A stretch of 64,000 nucleotides of DNA, from NCBI GenBank assembly GCA_965202805.1, contig OZ241869.1, positions 3,808,001 through 3,872,000 of the forward strand. Reading direction: 5' to 3'. Below the pieces are notes generated by a model that ran no database searches, was not told the origin of the DNA, and saw only the letters and a list, made by a program, of their open reading frames with translations. Shown in pieces: positions 9,595 to 19,363 of this stretch; the first letter of the stretch is position 1; each line of letters opens with the position of its first letter. A program made the position numbers and the translations under genes. The DNA comes from Longimicrobiales bacterium (lineage in GTDB: Bacteria; Gemmatimonadota; Gemmatimonadetes; Longimicrobiales; Gaopeijiaceae).

Positions 9595-12594
9595 ATGACC
9601 CGTCGTGACGTCCCGGCGGCTCTCCCGTTCCAGCGCGGCCAGGCGCCGGACCCGCACCCGCACCCCCGGCTGCGGCGCCTGGTGCCCGCTCTGGTTCTGG
9701 CCCTCGCGGCGGGCCTGCCGCTGCCGGCGCACGGCCAGCAGGTCCCGGACCCGGTTGCCCCGCCGCAGTCGCCCGACACGACCACGGTCGTCGACTCCGT
9801 CCGGGTACAGGTTCTCCAGCTGCTCGAGCGCCTGGCCGCCCCGCCGCTTCCGGACTCGCTTCGGGAACTGCCCGATTCGACCGAACGGCCCCCTCGGCCG
9901 ATCGCCCCCGGTCCGGACTCCGTGCTCAACGCCCTGCTCTCGCTTCCGGGATACCAGGCCAGCCAGTACGAGGGAACCGGGCTCGAGTTCGGGTCGAGCG
10001 GCGAGGTGATCCTCTACGGCAACACGGACGCGCGCGCGCGATTCTTCCGGGAAGGTGCGGAGCGCATGCAGCTGGAGGCCGACTCCTCCATCACCATGGA
10101 CGACTCCACGAGCCTGATCTGGACCGAGGGCGCCTCGGTGTTCACCGGGCGCGAGGGCGAACCCCTCAACAGCACGTCCATGATCTACAGCCTGGACAGC
10201 CGCCGCGGCACCGCCTACAGCGCGCGCACCCGGTTCGCGGAATCGGGCAGTCCCTGGATCGTGAACGGCGATCTGCCCTCGGTGACGTCCGAGATCGTCC
10301 ACGGGGCGCACGTCGGCTTCACCACCTGCGATCTCGAGCATCCCCACTACCATTTCGACACCAGCGAGATCAAGATCGTGGCCGGCAACGTGCTGGTGGC
10401 GAGGTCGGTCAAGCTCTACTTCGCCGACGTTCCCGTCTTCTGGTTCCCCTTCATGTTCCAGAGCATCGAGCGCGGACGGGCCAGCGGCATCCTGACACCC
10501 CGCTTCGGCGTGAACGACATCGTGCGCAGCTCGGCGGGCTACAGCCGGCGAATCTCGAACCTGGGTTATTACTGGGCCATCAGCGACTACGCCGACGCAT
10601 CGGTGGCGATGGACTGGTGGGCCGACAACTACGTGGGCGTGACCGGGACCCTGAACTACAACTGGCTGCGGCAGTTTCTGCGCGGCAACATGAACTTCCG
10701 CAACTTCTGGCGGGAGGACGGGAGCACCACGCTCGCCTTCAGCACCTCCCACAACTGGGAGCTCGACGAGCGTACCCGCTTCGAGATCCGGTCGAGCTAC
10801 GCCTCGTCCACCGACTTCGTGCGCCAGAATTCCTTCGACCCGCGCGAGGTCACGCAGTCGATCGACTCGCAGGGCGGGATCAACCGGCGCTTCGACTGGG
10901 GCAACGTCTCCATGAGCGCCAACCGCCGCCAGTTCCTCTCCGACGACCGGGTGTCGCTCACGCTGCCCTCCGCCAACCTCTCGCTGTCGCCCATCACCTT
11001 CTTCTCCGCCCCGTCGTCGCGGGCGAACTGGTACAACAACATCATCTGGACCGGGAGCGGGAACTACACGCGCAGCATCGAGGATCGGCTGGATCAGCCG
11101 CCGGGCGACTTCAAGGAGAGCCTGGCGGACAAGCAGAACACGCGCGGGGGCCTGTCGTCGAGCCTGAGCCTGGGCGCGCTCTCCCTGTCGCACAGCCTCA
11201 GCTTCAACGAGGCGGTGACCAGGGACGGGCTGGAGGTCCTCGCTCCCGACGCCGGCCTGGCTGCGGCCGACCGGCTCGAGGCCTGGTTCGGCAATGTGGT
11301 CGCGCCCTCTGCCGACAGCGCCTTCCCGGAGCGCGTGGACCTGAGCAGCACCGACCTCACCTGGTCCCAGACGCTCAGCTACCAGCAGCGCCTCGTCGGG
11401 ACCACCACCCTCACCCCCAACCTGTCCATGTCGGGCCGCTCGCTTCAGACGAACAAGATTCCGGAGGCGGGGTCGCTGGTTTCCGCGCCCACCCGCCTCT
11501 CCTTCGGCGCCGGGCTGAAGACCGATCTCTACGGGCTCTGGCCGGGCGTGGGGGGCTTCTCCGCCATCCGCCACAAGCTCTCGCCCGGCTTCGACTATTC
11601 CTACGCACCCGCGGTGACGCAGACGGACCTCCAGAATGCCGTTTTCGGCCGAGGGGAATTCCGCGCGAAGAACGAGATGCGGATCCGGCTGAACCAGACC
11701 TTCGAAGCGAAGCGGGAAACCGAGGACTCGGCGGAAGAGGGCGAGGAGGACGCTCCTCCGGACCTCACCGGCGAACCGCGGCGCCGGGAGCGCGCGGAGA
11801 TCGTTCAGTTGCTGGCGCTGCAGACCAGCGCGGTCAACTACGACTTCGTGCGCGCGGACTCTCTCGGCCAGTTCACGGATGGCTTCACGACCACCACCCT
11901 CTCCAACAGCATCAGCTCGGACTTTCTGCGCGGACTGCAGATCTCCATGGAGCACCTTCTGTTCGAGGACGGCGGCCAGGGCGGGGAGGGACGGAAGTTC
12001 GCACCCCATCTCTCCGGGGTCGATCTCTCCTTCTCCCTGAACGCGGCTTCTCCGCCGCTGCGCTGGATCGGAGGCCTGATCGGTCTCGGAGGCGACGGAG
12101 AGACGGCTTCGGAGCCGGAACCGGAAGAGGAGGAGCCGCTCGATGAGGTGGATCCGTTCACGGCGGCCAGCGGCCTCGACGAAAGCCAGGTCGTGCCCGG
12201 CTTCGGCGACACCTCGCGCGACTTCGGCAGGCCGAGCGCTCAGGGGCGTTCGAGGGGCGGCGGGTGGGACGCCAGTGTCTCCTATTCGCTACAGCGGCCG
12301 CGCGAAGCCGACCTGGCGCGGCAGATGGTTCAGCTCAATGTGCGGTTCGAGCCCACCGAGCTGTGGCGCGCGAGCTGGCGCACCTCCTACGACGTGGAGC
12401 TGGGGTCCTTCAGCGACCACATGCTCACCTTCACGCGCCAGTTGCATCGCTGGGAGGCCAACTTCGACTTCAGGCGCACGGTCACCGGCAACTGGGCGTT
12501 CCGCTTCGAGGTGGCGCTGAGCGACAATCGCGACCTGAAGTTCGACTACCAGCAGTACGACCGTTTCGACTCCGCGGAGGGCCGGTTTCGCTGA
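9595..12594 (+). CDS. lptD: Putative LPS-assembly OM beta-barrel protein (LptD-like)
   Basis: Signal peptide, FTTCDLEHPHYHF, PVFWFPF..R.SGILTP, long amphipathic beta strands, C-terminal RQLHRWEANF. Confidence 0.75.
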   Translation: MTRRDVPAALPFQRGQAPDPHPHPRLRRLVPALVLALAAGLPLPAHGQQVPDPVAPPQSPDTTTVVDSVRVQVLQLLERLAAPPLPDSLRELPDSTERPPRPIAPGPDSVLNALLSLPGYQASQYEGTGLEFGSSGEVILYGNTDARARFFREGAERMQLEADSSITMDDSTSLIWTEGASVFTGREGEPLNSTSMIYSLDSRRGTAYSARTRFAESGSPWIVNGDLPSVTSEIVHGAHVGFTTCDLEHPHYHFDTSEIKIVAGNVLVARSVKLYFADVPVFWFPFMFQSIERGRASGILTPRFGVNDIVRSSAGYSRRISNLGYYWAISDYADASVAMDWWADNYVGVTGTLNYNWLRQFLRGNMNFRNFWREDGSTTLAFSTSHNWELDERTRFEIRSSYASSTDFVRQNSFDPREVTQSIDSQGGINRRFDWGNVSMSANRRQFLSDDRVSLTLPSANLSLSPITFFSAPSSRANWYNNIIWTGSGNYTRSIEDRLDQPPGDFKESLADKQNTRGGLSSSLSLGALSLSHSLSFNEAVTRDGLEVLAPDAGLAAADRLEAWFGNVVAPSADSAFPERVDLSSTDLTWSQTLSYQQRLVGTTTLTPNLSMSGRSLQTNKIPEAGSLVSAPTRLSFGAGLKTDLYGLWPGVGGFSAIRHKLSPGFDYSYAPAVTQTDLQNAVFGRGEFRAKNEMRIRLNQTFEAKRETEDSAEEGEEDAPPDLTGEPRRRERAEIVQLLALQTSAVNYDFVRADSLGQFTDGFTTTTLSNSISSDFLRGLQISMEHLLFEDGGQGGEGRKFAPHLSGVDLSFSLNAASPPLRWIGGLIGLGGDGETASEPEPEEEEPLDEVDPFTAASGLDESQVVPGFGDTSRDFGRPSAQGRSRGGGWDASVSYSLQRPREADLARQMVQLNVRFEPTELWRASWRTSYDVELGSFSDHMLTFTRQLHRWEANFDFRRTVTGNWAFRFEVALSDNRDLKFDYQQYDRFDSAEGRFR

Positions 12595-12682
12595 GCGCAC
12601 GACCCGCGCGGGCGTGGCGCGTGCGGGAGAGCGTGGGTGAGCCCGTCTCCCCATGGACTCACGTTCCCGGATGCCGGCGCTG

Positions 12683-12698
12683 TGGCACACCTCGTGCA
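12683..12698 (+). promoter_or_regulatory. Candidate sigma54 (-24/-12) promoter
   Basis: TGGCAC-ACCTC-GTGCA: GG-N10-GC spacing, intergenic, about 65 bp upstream of the ATG at 12764. Confidence 0.55.
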
Positions 12699-12763
12699 GG
12701 CTGATCGGAGTTGATGGGCGAAGACGCCTGCGATGCTCCCGGCGATGCCACGAGGAGGTGCCG

Positions 12764-13930
12764 ATGTTCGGTCACGGGTATGCGGTTGGACGATGTGCCC
12801 GCCGCTTGCAGGCCCTCCTCCTGCTGGGCGCCCTGACGGCGTGCGACGAGGACGGGGTGCTGATCAGTCTGGACGATCCCCCGGCTGCGCCGCGCGCGCT
12901 GGATGCCCACTACTTCGCGGGGGTGGTCACCGTCACGTGGACCCTGGCGGGCGGCTGGAGCGGTGAGTCCTTCCGCGTCTACTCCCGGCGCATCACCGAC
13001 CCGGACTACTTTCTCATCGCGGAGGTGAGCAGCTGCGCGGAAGGCGCCTGCGAGTACCGCGACGCCAACGTGGCGGCGGGCGTAACCTACGAGTACTACG
13101 TGGCGGCGGTCGGGGCCTCGGGACTGGAGACGCCTTCCAGCCGCCTGGTCGAGGTCGCCGTTCCGATGCCGGATCCTCCCGCGGTGCCGGTCACCGTCCT
13201 GGCGACGGCGCTGGATGGATCCGTCTTCCTCACCTGGAGTGACGACGCGCGCGCCGCCGCGGATTTCTCTCACTACAGGGTCTACCTCGAGGACGGGGAC
13301 ACCTTCCTCCTGGGCGAGACGGACTCCGAGGGGTTCCTCGACCTGCGGGCGAACAACGGCGAGACCTACAGCTACTTCGTTTCCGCCCTTGACGACCAGG
13401 GGCACGAGAGCGCCGGCAGTTCGATGGCGAGCGCGACGCCGCGGCCCGACCATCACGGGGAGCTGATCTACTCCTACCTCGACGCGCCGTCGTCTTCGGG
13501 CTTTCGCTTTCCGCCCAACGAACAGGATGGCCCCATCGTTCACGGGGATGCGCCCGACCGCCACTTCCGGCTCGAACAGGACGGGTCCGGTTGGTGGCTG
13601 GTTCCCGGACCGGGCGCCGAGATCCACAACCGGGTCTTTTCCACCAGCCAGCTCAAGTGCGGACCCGGAAGCGACGCCGGATGCATCGACGTGACCACCG
13701 CGCCCTCGGGGGATTACACGACCCGGGCGGTCGAAGCTCTGTCGGCGACCACCTACGTGCTTCGCTATTCGGGAGCGGCAGGGCACCACTACGCCGCGGT
13801 GCGGATTACCAGCCAGGGCTACCTGGACGAAGGCGCGGTGATGGTCTTCGACTGGGCTCACCAGCTCCAGCCCGGCAATGTGGGCCTGGAGTACCGTGTG
13901 CCCGCAGTGCTGGTTCGCACCGGGAACTGA
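12764..13930 (+). CDS. Lipoprotein with two fibronectin type III-like domains and an unknown C-terminal domain
   Basis: GAGGAGG RBS, lipobox LTAC, two repeats of the pattern P..P...W....Y.VY....Y.Y.V.A....G.ES. Confidence 0.75.
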   Translation: MFGHGYAVGRCARRLQALLLLGALTACDEDGVLISLDDPPAAPRALDAHYFAGVVTVTWTLAGGWSGESFRVYSRRITDPDYFLIAEVSSCAEGACEYRDANVAAGVTYEYYVAAVGASGLETPSSRLVEVAVPMPDPPAVPVTVLATALDGSVFLTWSDDARAAADFSHYRVYLEDGDTFLLGETDSEGFLDLRANNGETYSYFVSALDDQGHESAGSSMASATPRPDHHGELIYSYLDAPSSSGFRFPPNEQDGPIVHGDAPDRHFRLEQDGSGWWLVPGPGAEIHNRVFSTSQLKCGPGSDAGCIDVTTAPSGDYTTRAVEALSATTYVLRYSGAAGHHYAAVRITSQGYLDEGAVMVFDWAHQLQPGNVGLEYRVPAVLVRTGN

Positions 13931-13992
13931 CACCGGACGAAGCCTTCCCCCGGGGCAGGCGGGGACGGTGGGTTCGCGCTGACCGACCCGGG

Positions 13993-14021
13993 TTGTGAGG
14001 GTGCCGCCGCCGGGGTATAAT
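13993..14021 (+). promoter_or_regulatory. sigma70-type promoter, probably producing leaderless mRNA
   Basis: TTGTGA-N17-TATAAT; ATG 6 nt after the -10 box; no SD sequence. Confidence 0.7.
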
Positions 14022-14027
14022 CGCGAC

Positions 14028-14930
14028 ATGACGCCGGTCCTGGAAGCGGTCCCCAACTTCAGCGAAGGCCGCGACCTCTCCCTGGTTCGCGAGTTCGCCC
14101 GGGTCATCGCCTCCGAGGGCGCCGAAGTGCTGGCCCGTTCCGCCGACCCGGACCACCATCGTTCGGTCATCTCCTTCGCGGGCTCTCCCCCTGTCGTGGA
14201 ACGGGCGGCTCTGTCGGTCGCGCGGCTGGCGGTGGAGGCCATCGATTTGCGCAGGCACGCGGGCGTACACCCGCGCGTGGGCGCGCTCGACGTGCTCCCG
14301 TTCATCCCGGCCCGGGGCCTCGCCATGCAGGACGCGGCCGCGAGCGCGCGCAGGGTGGCGATGGCGCTCGCCACGATGGGGATACCCGTGTACCTGTACG
14401 GAGCTGCCGGGGCCGGCCGCTCCCTGGCTTCTCTGCGGGCCGGGGGATTCGAGGCGCTGGTGGAGCGATTCCCAATCGGCCGCGAGCCCGATATCCTGCC
14501 TCGGTCCTGGGGCCACCCGGGTGTTCATCCGACCGCCGGCGCGACCTGTGTCGGAGCCCGGCCGCCCCTCCTCGCGTGGAATGTCTGCGTATCGGGGTTA
14601 TCGTTGGAGCAGGTGAAGGGAATCGCGGGCCGATTGCGCGAGAGCGGCGGAGGATTTGTCGGGTTGAGGGCTCTGGGGCTATATCTGCCCTCCAGCGAGG
14701 CATTTCAGATCTCCATGAACCTGGAAGACATGGAAAGCACACCGCCCATGCGCGTCTTCGAAGCCATTGAAACAGAGGTGGACCGTCTGGGTGGGCGCGT
14801 CGCACAGACGGAGGTCATCGGAACCATCCCCGAGACCGTGGTCCTTTCCGCGGCAGCCTCGCGCCTGAAGCTTGTGGATCCCGACGCGTCCCGGCTGCGC
14901 GGGTCTCTGCTCGCGGGGGTCCGTTCATGA
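14028..14930 (+). CDS. ftcD: Glutamate formiminotransferase (FT domain only)
   Basis: EAVPNFSEGR, DPDHHRSV, HAGVHPRVGALDVLPF, GARPPLLAWN, QISMNL. Confidence 0.92.
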   Translation: MTPVLEAVPNFSEGRDLSLVREFARVIASEGAEVLARSADPDHHRSVISFAGSPPVVERAALSVARLAVEAIDLRRHAGVHPRVGALDVLPFIPARGLAMQDAAASARRVAMALATMGIPVYLYGAAGAGRSLASLRAGGFEALVERFPIGREPDILPRSWGHPGVHPTAGATCVGARPPLLAWNVCVSGLSLEQVKGIAGRLRESGGGFVGLRALGLYLPSSEAFQISMNLEDMESTPPMRVFEAIETEVDRLGGRVAQTEVIGTIPETVVLSAAASRLKLVDPDASRLRGSLLAGVRS

Positions 14931-15586
14931 CGGCCGACGCGCGCCTGGGGCCGTCCGGGGATCCCCAGGGCCCGGAGCCGCCCGCCGATCTCCGGGAGGC
15001 GGCCGGCGAGTCCGAATCGTCTTCCGGGTTTGTAGACTTCAGGGCGCTGATCCTGGACGAAGGGTCGGGCTCGGTGGCGACCCGGCTGACCGAGACAGAC
15101 GAGAATGTCGAACCCGGCGAGGACTTCAAGGCCGCGTTGTCGCGTTTCAGAGCCCGGTTGATCCGCAGCCTTCCTTCCGGGGACGCGCGCACCCATCAGG
15201 ACATGGGCACCGCGTACCGGACCATGGGGCTCGGCCACGAGGCCATCGGCGAGTTTCAACACGCCATCCGGGAGGACCCTGCGAGCCCGGCGGCCCATGA
15301 GATGCTGGGTCGCTGTTTTCTCGACGCCGGTCAGCCCGAACTCGCGGTCGGCGCGCTGGCGAAGGCCCTCGAACTGCCCTCCGGGAGCGAAGACGACTTC
15401 CTCGGAATCTACTACTATATGGGGCGCGCTCAGGAGGCGTCCGGCAATCCCGAGGCGGCGTACGACTTCTACAGGAAGATCCTCGCGATCGACATCGGCT
15501 TTCAGGATGTCGAGGCGCGCGAGCGCGATCTCGGCCGGGCGCTGAGGAGGGCGGCCGACGAGTCGGCGGATCCCGCGCCCGGCTAA
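14927..15586 (+). CDS. TPR protein
   Basis: THQDMGTAYRTMGL..EAIGEFQ, YYYMGRAQE; ATGA overlap with ftcD. Confidence 0.8.
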   Translation: MTADARLGPSGDPQGPEPPADLREAAGESESSSGFVDFRALILDEGSGSVATRLTETDENVEPGEDFKAALSRFRARLIRSLPSGDARTHQDMGTAYRTMGLGHEAIGEFQHAIREDPASPAAHEMLGRCFLDAGQPELAVGALAKALELPSGSEDDFLGIYYYMGRAQEASGNPEAAYDFYRKILAIDIGFQDVEARERDLGRALRRAADESADPAPG

Positions 15587-15607
15587 CCCTTTTCCGGAAA
15601 GAGGTAG

Positions 15608-16606
15608 TTGACCCAACCCGTCACCACGAGCCCATCCACGCTTGCCCACATCCAGGAGCCGGTGCGAGAGGATCTGGAGCGCGTGCGCGAAGAGCTCCGG
15701 CGCATCGTTCGTGCGAATCTGGGAATGACCGACGAGGTCAACCAGTACCTCCTGCTCATGCGGGGCAAGATGTTTCGCCCCACCCTGGTGCTCCTGGCGG
15801 ACCGGATCTGCGGGGGAGACGGGGATCCCGCCGTTACTCTGGCGGCGGCGGTCGAACTGGTGCACCTCGCGACCCTGGTGCACGACGATGCCGTGGACCA
15901 TTCCGTGCTGCGCCGCGGCCTGCCGACGGTGAACGCGCTGTGGACGCACCAGGTCGCGATCATCATGGGGGACTACCTGTACAGCCGCTCCGTCACCGAG
16001 CTGACCCGGGTCGGCAATCTGGACGTACTCCGGTGCCTGGCAGTCGCCGCCAACGAGATGAGTCTCGGAGAGATGCGGCAGCTCACCTCCTACGACGCCC
16101 TGGACTTCTCCGAGGAGGACTACTACGCCCTGATCGCGGCCAAGACGGCATCCCTGATGGCCGCATCCTGCGAGATCGGCGCCCTGGCGACCCGCTCGGG
16201 TCCCCGGTGCTCCGCGCTCAGGCGCTTTGGGCACAACCTCGGAATGGCGTTTCAGATTGCCGACGACCTGCTGGATTACACCGGGACCGAGGCGGTGACC
16301 GGCAAGCCCACGGGCCACGACCTGCGTCAGCGCAAGGTTACGCTACCCCTGATCGGAGCGATGAAGGTTGCCGGGGACAGGGAACGGCAGGGGATTCGCA
16401 GGTTCTTTTCCAGCCGCGATCCTTCCGACGAGGAGATCGCGGGGGTCATCGAGCTGGTGGAGGAACTCGGCGGGCTCGAGTACGCGCGCGAGCGGGCGGA
16501 GCGCTACGCCGAATGGGCGGCCGCGGCGCTCGAGGATCTGGAGCCGGGGCCCGCGAAACAGGCGCTGCTCACCTCGATCGCCTACGTGGTCGATCGGCGT
16601 CGATGA
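15608..16606 (+). CDS. Long-chain trans-polyprenyl diphosphate synthase (IspB/HepT-like)
   Basis: GKMFRP, FARM LVHDDAVD..RRG, KTA, SARM FQIADDLLD, GKPTGHDL. Confidence 0.93.
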   Translation: MTQPVTTSPSTLAHIQEPVREDLERVREELRRIVRANLGMTDEVNQYLLLMRGKMFRPTLVLLADRICGGDGDPAVTLAAAVELVHLATLVHDDAVDHSVLRRGLPTVNALWTHQVAIIMGDYLYSRSVTELTRVGNLDVLRCLAVAANEMSLGEMRQLTSYDALDFSEEDYYALIAAKTASLMAASCEIGALATRSGPRCSALRRFGHNLGMAFQIADDLLDYTGTEAVTGKPTGHDLRQRKVTLPLIGAMKVAGDRERQGIRRFFSSRDPSDEEIAGVIELVEELGGLEYARERAERYAEWAAAALEDLEPGPAKQALLTSIAYVVDRRR

Positions 16607-16693
16607 AACCTCCAGGATCCGGGCGCACAACAGAAGAGGCAGATTCGTTCAACAAGCTCCGCGGTCGGAAACGCCGCGGTCGGAGGCCGTCAA

Positions 16694-16975
16694 TTGGCTA
16701 AGTTGCTTGAAGGTCGAAGGCGATCGTATTCCCGGTTTGCGGTGGTCCTGGTGGGTGGCTTCATCCTGGGCGCCCTGCTTACGCGTCTCGCCCAGTTCAT
16801 GCCCGAGAGCGCGACGCGGGAGTTCCTTACCGCGGCGGTCACGGCGAGCCTGGGACCGGTCTCCGTGGGGCTGGTTGCGCTTGACATTACGCTGGGGCCG
16901 CTGGCATTTCATTTCAACGTGCTCACGCTGGCGGGAATCGGCATCGTGGCGCCGATCGTCCGCGCCTGGCTGTAG
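16694..16975 (+). CDS. Small membrane protein (DUF4321-like)
   Basis: GGAGG RBS before TTG, hydrophobic segments, pattern LGP..V.L.ALDITLG..FHFN..TL.G. Confidence 0.6.
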   Translation: MAKLLEGRRRSYSRFAVVLVGGFILGALLTRLAQFMPESATREFLTAAVTASLGPVSVGLVALDITLGPLAFHFNVLTLAGIGIVAPIVRAWL

Positions 16976-17092
16976 CCGCTGTAGCAGGACTGCTGGAGGA
17001 CCCGGCGCGCGAGACGCCTGTATAAGTTAGATTGACCGAGCACACAGAACGGACCAGCACGCTTCGCCGGTCATCAGCGGGAGGGAGCTGTC

Positions 17093-17371
17093 ATGGGTTT
17101 CAGCGGACTTGGAATGTGGGAGATCATCCTGATCTTCCTGGTGTTCTTGCTTCTCTTCGGCGCCAAGCGCCTCCCGGAAATCGGCTCGTCCCTGGGCAAG
17201 GGGATTCGTGAATTCAAGGGTTCGGTGCGGGACATCGAGCGCGAGCTGAAGACGCCTCAGCAGCCCAAGATGGTCGCGCCTTCTCCCGCGGAGAGTTCCG
17301 AAGAGGGTGGAGAGCCGCGTAAACTCGGCAGTCGAACGGAAGCCGGCGCGGAAGCCGGGACGACTGCCTGA
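17093..17371 (+). CDS. tatA: Twin-arginine translocase TatA/E
   Basis: GMWEIILIFLVFLLLFGAKRLPEIGSSLGKGIREFK. Confidence 0.96.
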   Translation: MGFSGLGMWEIILIFLVFLLLFGAKRLPEIGSSLGKGIREFKGSVRDIERELKTPQQPKMVAPSPAESSEEGGEPRKLGSRTEAGAEAGTTA

Positions 17372-17384
17372 GGGAGGATCCCGT

Positions 17385-17415
17385 TGCGGCGGACGGGGCC
17401 GCCCGGGCCGTCGCA
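17385..17415. terminator. GC-rich hairpin between convergent tatA and surA/ppiD
   Basis: TGCGGCGG...CCGTCGCA stem; no U-tract. Confidence 0.4.
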
Positions 17416-17417
17416 GG

Positions 17418-19241
17418 CTAGAACGCGAGCGGCAGTTGCGTCTGGTTCGCGGCCTCTTCCTGGGCCCGGAAGACCTCCCGGCGACGGTCAATGATGCGGG
17501 CGCGCTCACGCAGGCTGGTGATCCACTGGTCCAGCCGCTGCTGGCCCAGGGTTCCTCCGATCATCGCGCGCTGCACCACCTTCTGCTCCTCCCAGGTCGT
17601 GCTGTCGGCCGGAATCCGTTCCGTCAACTCGATGACGAACGCGCGGCCGTTGGCCTCCACGACGCCGCTCAACTGACCCGGCTCCAGACCGAATGCGGTC
17701 CCGATGACCGCGTTCTGCCGCCCGAGCCCGGGAACGAAGTCGCTGCGTGAGAACGGGGGGGATTCCTCGATGTCGGCCTCCAGCCGCTCGGCGATCTGCT
17801 CCAGAGTGCCCCCACCCTCGGCGGCTCCTTCGGCCTGGGCCAGGGCACGCTCGGCCTTCTTTTCCAGCCTCAGGGTGCGTTCGATGGCCGGGCGCGCCTG
17901 TTCGAGCGGCAGCACCCCCTCCGGCTGACGGCCGACCAGCTCCAGCGCGTAGAAGGCCTCGGCGTTCTCGAACACGGGGCTGACGTCTCCTTCCTCCGCT
18001 TCCTCAAACGCCCACTCGGACCCCTCGCGCACCTGGCCGGCACCCAGGACGAAGGGAAACTCCTCGGTGATGTCGACCGGCGCGGCCTCCAGGCCCAACT
18101 CGCTCGCCGCCTCCCTGAGGGGGAGGTTCTCGCCCAGCACCTCGAGGGAATCGGCCGTGGTCAGCAGATCGATCTCCGAGGCGTCGGTCCGCTCCACGGG
18201 AACCAGGATGTGGCGCGCGCTCACGGAGTCGGCGGTGCGCGACGTCACTTCGATGAGGTGCCATCCGAACTGGGTGCCGACAGGCTCCGTAACCGTCTCC
18301 AGCGGCGCGCTGAACGCCGCCGAATCGAATTCCGGCACCATCATCCCGCGGGGGAAGGTTCCGAGGTCTCCGCCGAGCGCCGCCGAACCCTCGTCCGCCG
18401 ATTCCTCCTGAGCCAACTCGGCGAAGTCGGCCCCCTCGAGGATCTCCTGCCGTATCTCCCCGGCGCGCTCGCGCGCGGCGGCCGTGTCGGCGGCGGTCGG
18501 ATCCTTGTCGAGGACGACGGCGACCACGGTGGCCCTCGGGGGCACCGCGAACTCGTCACGGTTCTCCCTGTAGTAGGCCGCGATCTCCGCATCGCTGACC
18601 TCGACCTCGTCATCGCCGATGCGCGTGGCCGGATCCAGCGACAGGTAGCGGACTCCGACCTGTTCGTTCTCGTCCCTGTACGCCGACCAGAGGGCGGCGT
18701 CCGGAAGGTAGATGCCCGTGCTCAGCTGCCGCATGAGCTTGGTGCGGGGGATGATGTCGCGGTAGTAGGCTTCCAGCTCCAGCAGGGCGATCTCCGAAGC
18801 GGTGGCGAGGTAGTCCTGGTACTTCTGCATGTCGAAGACGCCTTCGGTCTGAAAGCCCTCGAGCCCCTGGAACTGCGGCGGAGGGCTGAAGCGCGCCGCC
18901 TGACGGATCTCGTCGTCGCTCACCCGGATGCCGCGCCGTTCGAGTTCCCGCTGGATCAGGATCTGGGTCACGACCTCATCGAACGCCGCATCCTCGATTT
19001 CAAGGTTCTGGTCGGAGGTGATGGCATCTTCCTGGGCCAGCTGCGTCCGCTCGTAGAGACTGCGGTAGGTGAACTGGTACTGGTCGTACAGGACGGGCAC
19101 GCCGTCGACCTCGCCCAGCTCGCTCAGCCCGGCGGTGCGCCCGGTAATGTCCATGCCCCACTCGAAGACCATCAGCGCGGCGAAAGCGAGCATGGTGATC
19201 AGCATGATCCACTTCGTGTTGTCCCGCATGGTCCGCATCAT
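17418..19241 (-). CDS. PpiD/SurA-like parvulin peptidyl-prolyl isomerase chaperone
   Basis: N-terminal MMRTMR..TM anchor, SurA-N helical region, rotamase motifs FAELA..S.D..SA..GGDLG.F..G.MVPEF..AF, GWHLI. Confidence 0.88.
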   Translation of the reverse strand: MMRTMRDNTKWIMLITMLAFAALMVFEWGMDITGRTAGLSELGEVDGVPVLYDQYQFTYRSLYERTQLAQEDAITSDQNLEIEDAAFDEVVTQILIQRELERRGIRVSDDEIRQAARFSPPPQFQGLEGFQTEGVFDMQKYQDYLATASEIALLELEAYYRDIIPRTKLMRQLSTGIYLPDAALWSAYRDENEQVGVRYLSLDPATRIGDDEVEVSDAEIAAYYRENRDEFAVPPRATVVAVVLDKDPTAADTAAARERAGEIRQEILEGADFAELAQEESADEGSAALGGDLGTFPRGMMVPEFDSAAFSAPLETVTEPVGTQFGWHLIEVTSRTADSVSARHILVPVERTDASEIDLLTTADSLEVLGENLPLREAASELGLEAAPVDITEEFPFVLGAGQVREGSEWAFEEAEEGDVSPVFENAEAFYALELVGRQPEGVLPLEQARPAIERTLRLEKKAERALAQAEGAAEGGGTLEQIAERLEADIEESPPFSRSDFVPGLGRQNAVIGTAFGLEPGQLSGVVEANGRAFVIELTERIPADSTTWEEQKVVQRAMIGGTLGQQRLDQWITSLRERARIIDRRREVFRAQEEAANQTQLPLAF

Positions 19242-19363
19242 GACGAAGCGTCTCCTGGCGTGTCCTGGTCCGGCAAGAATGGTGTGATCGCGGTAATTTC
19301 CGCAGAAGAGGCAATTTACGAGAATACGGGACGGCTCTCAAGCGAGGGCCCGGAAGGGATCCG

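Noticed and set aside
8755..12009. 1084-aa minus-strand ORF, and similar long antisense ORFs at 26769-29234, 31827-34094, 48870-51146 and 50369-53113
   Set aside because: They mirror well-supported + strand genes; stop codons are scarce in high-GC antisense frames.
16669..16690. Short direct repeat CCGCGGTCGGA x2 before the DUF4321-like gene
   Set aside because: Only two short GC-rich copies, the second overlapping the SD; not CRISPR-like and plausible by chance.
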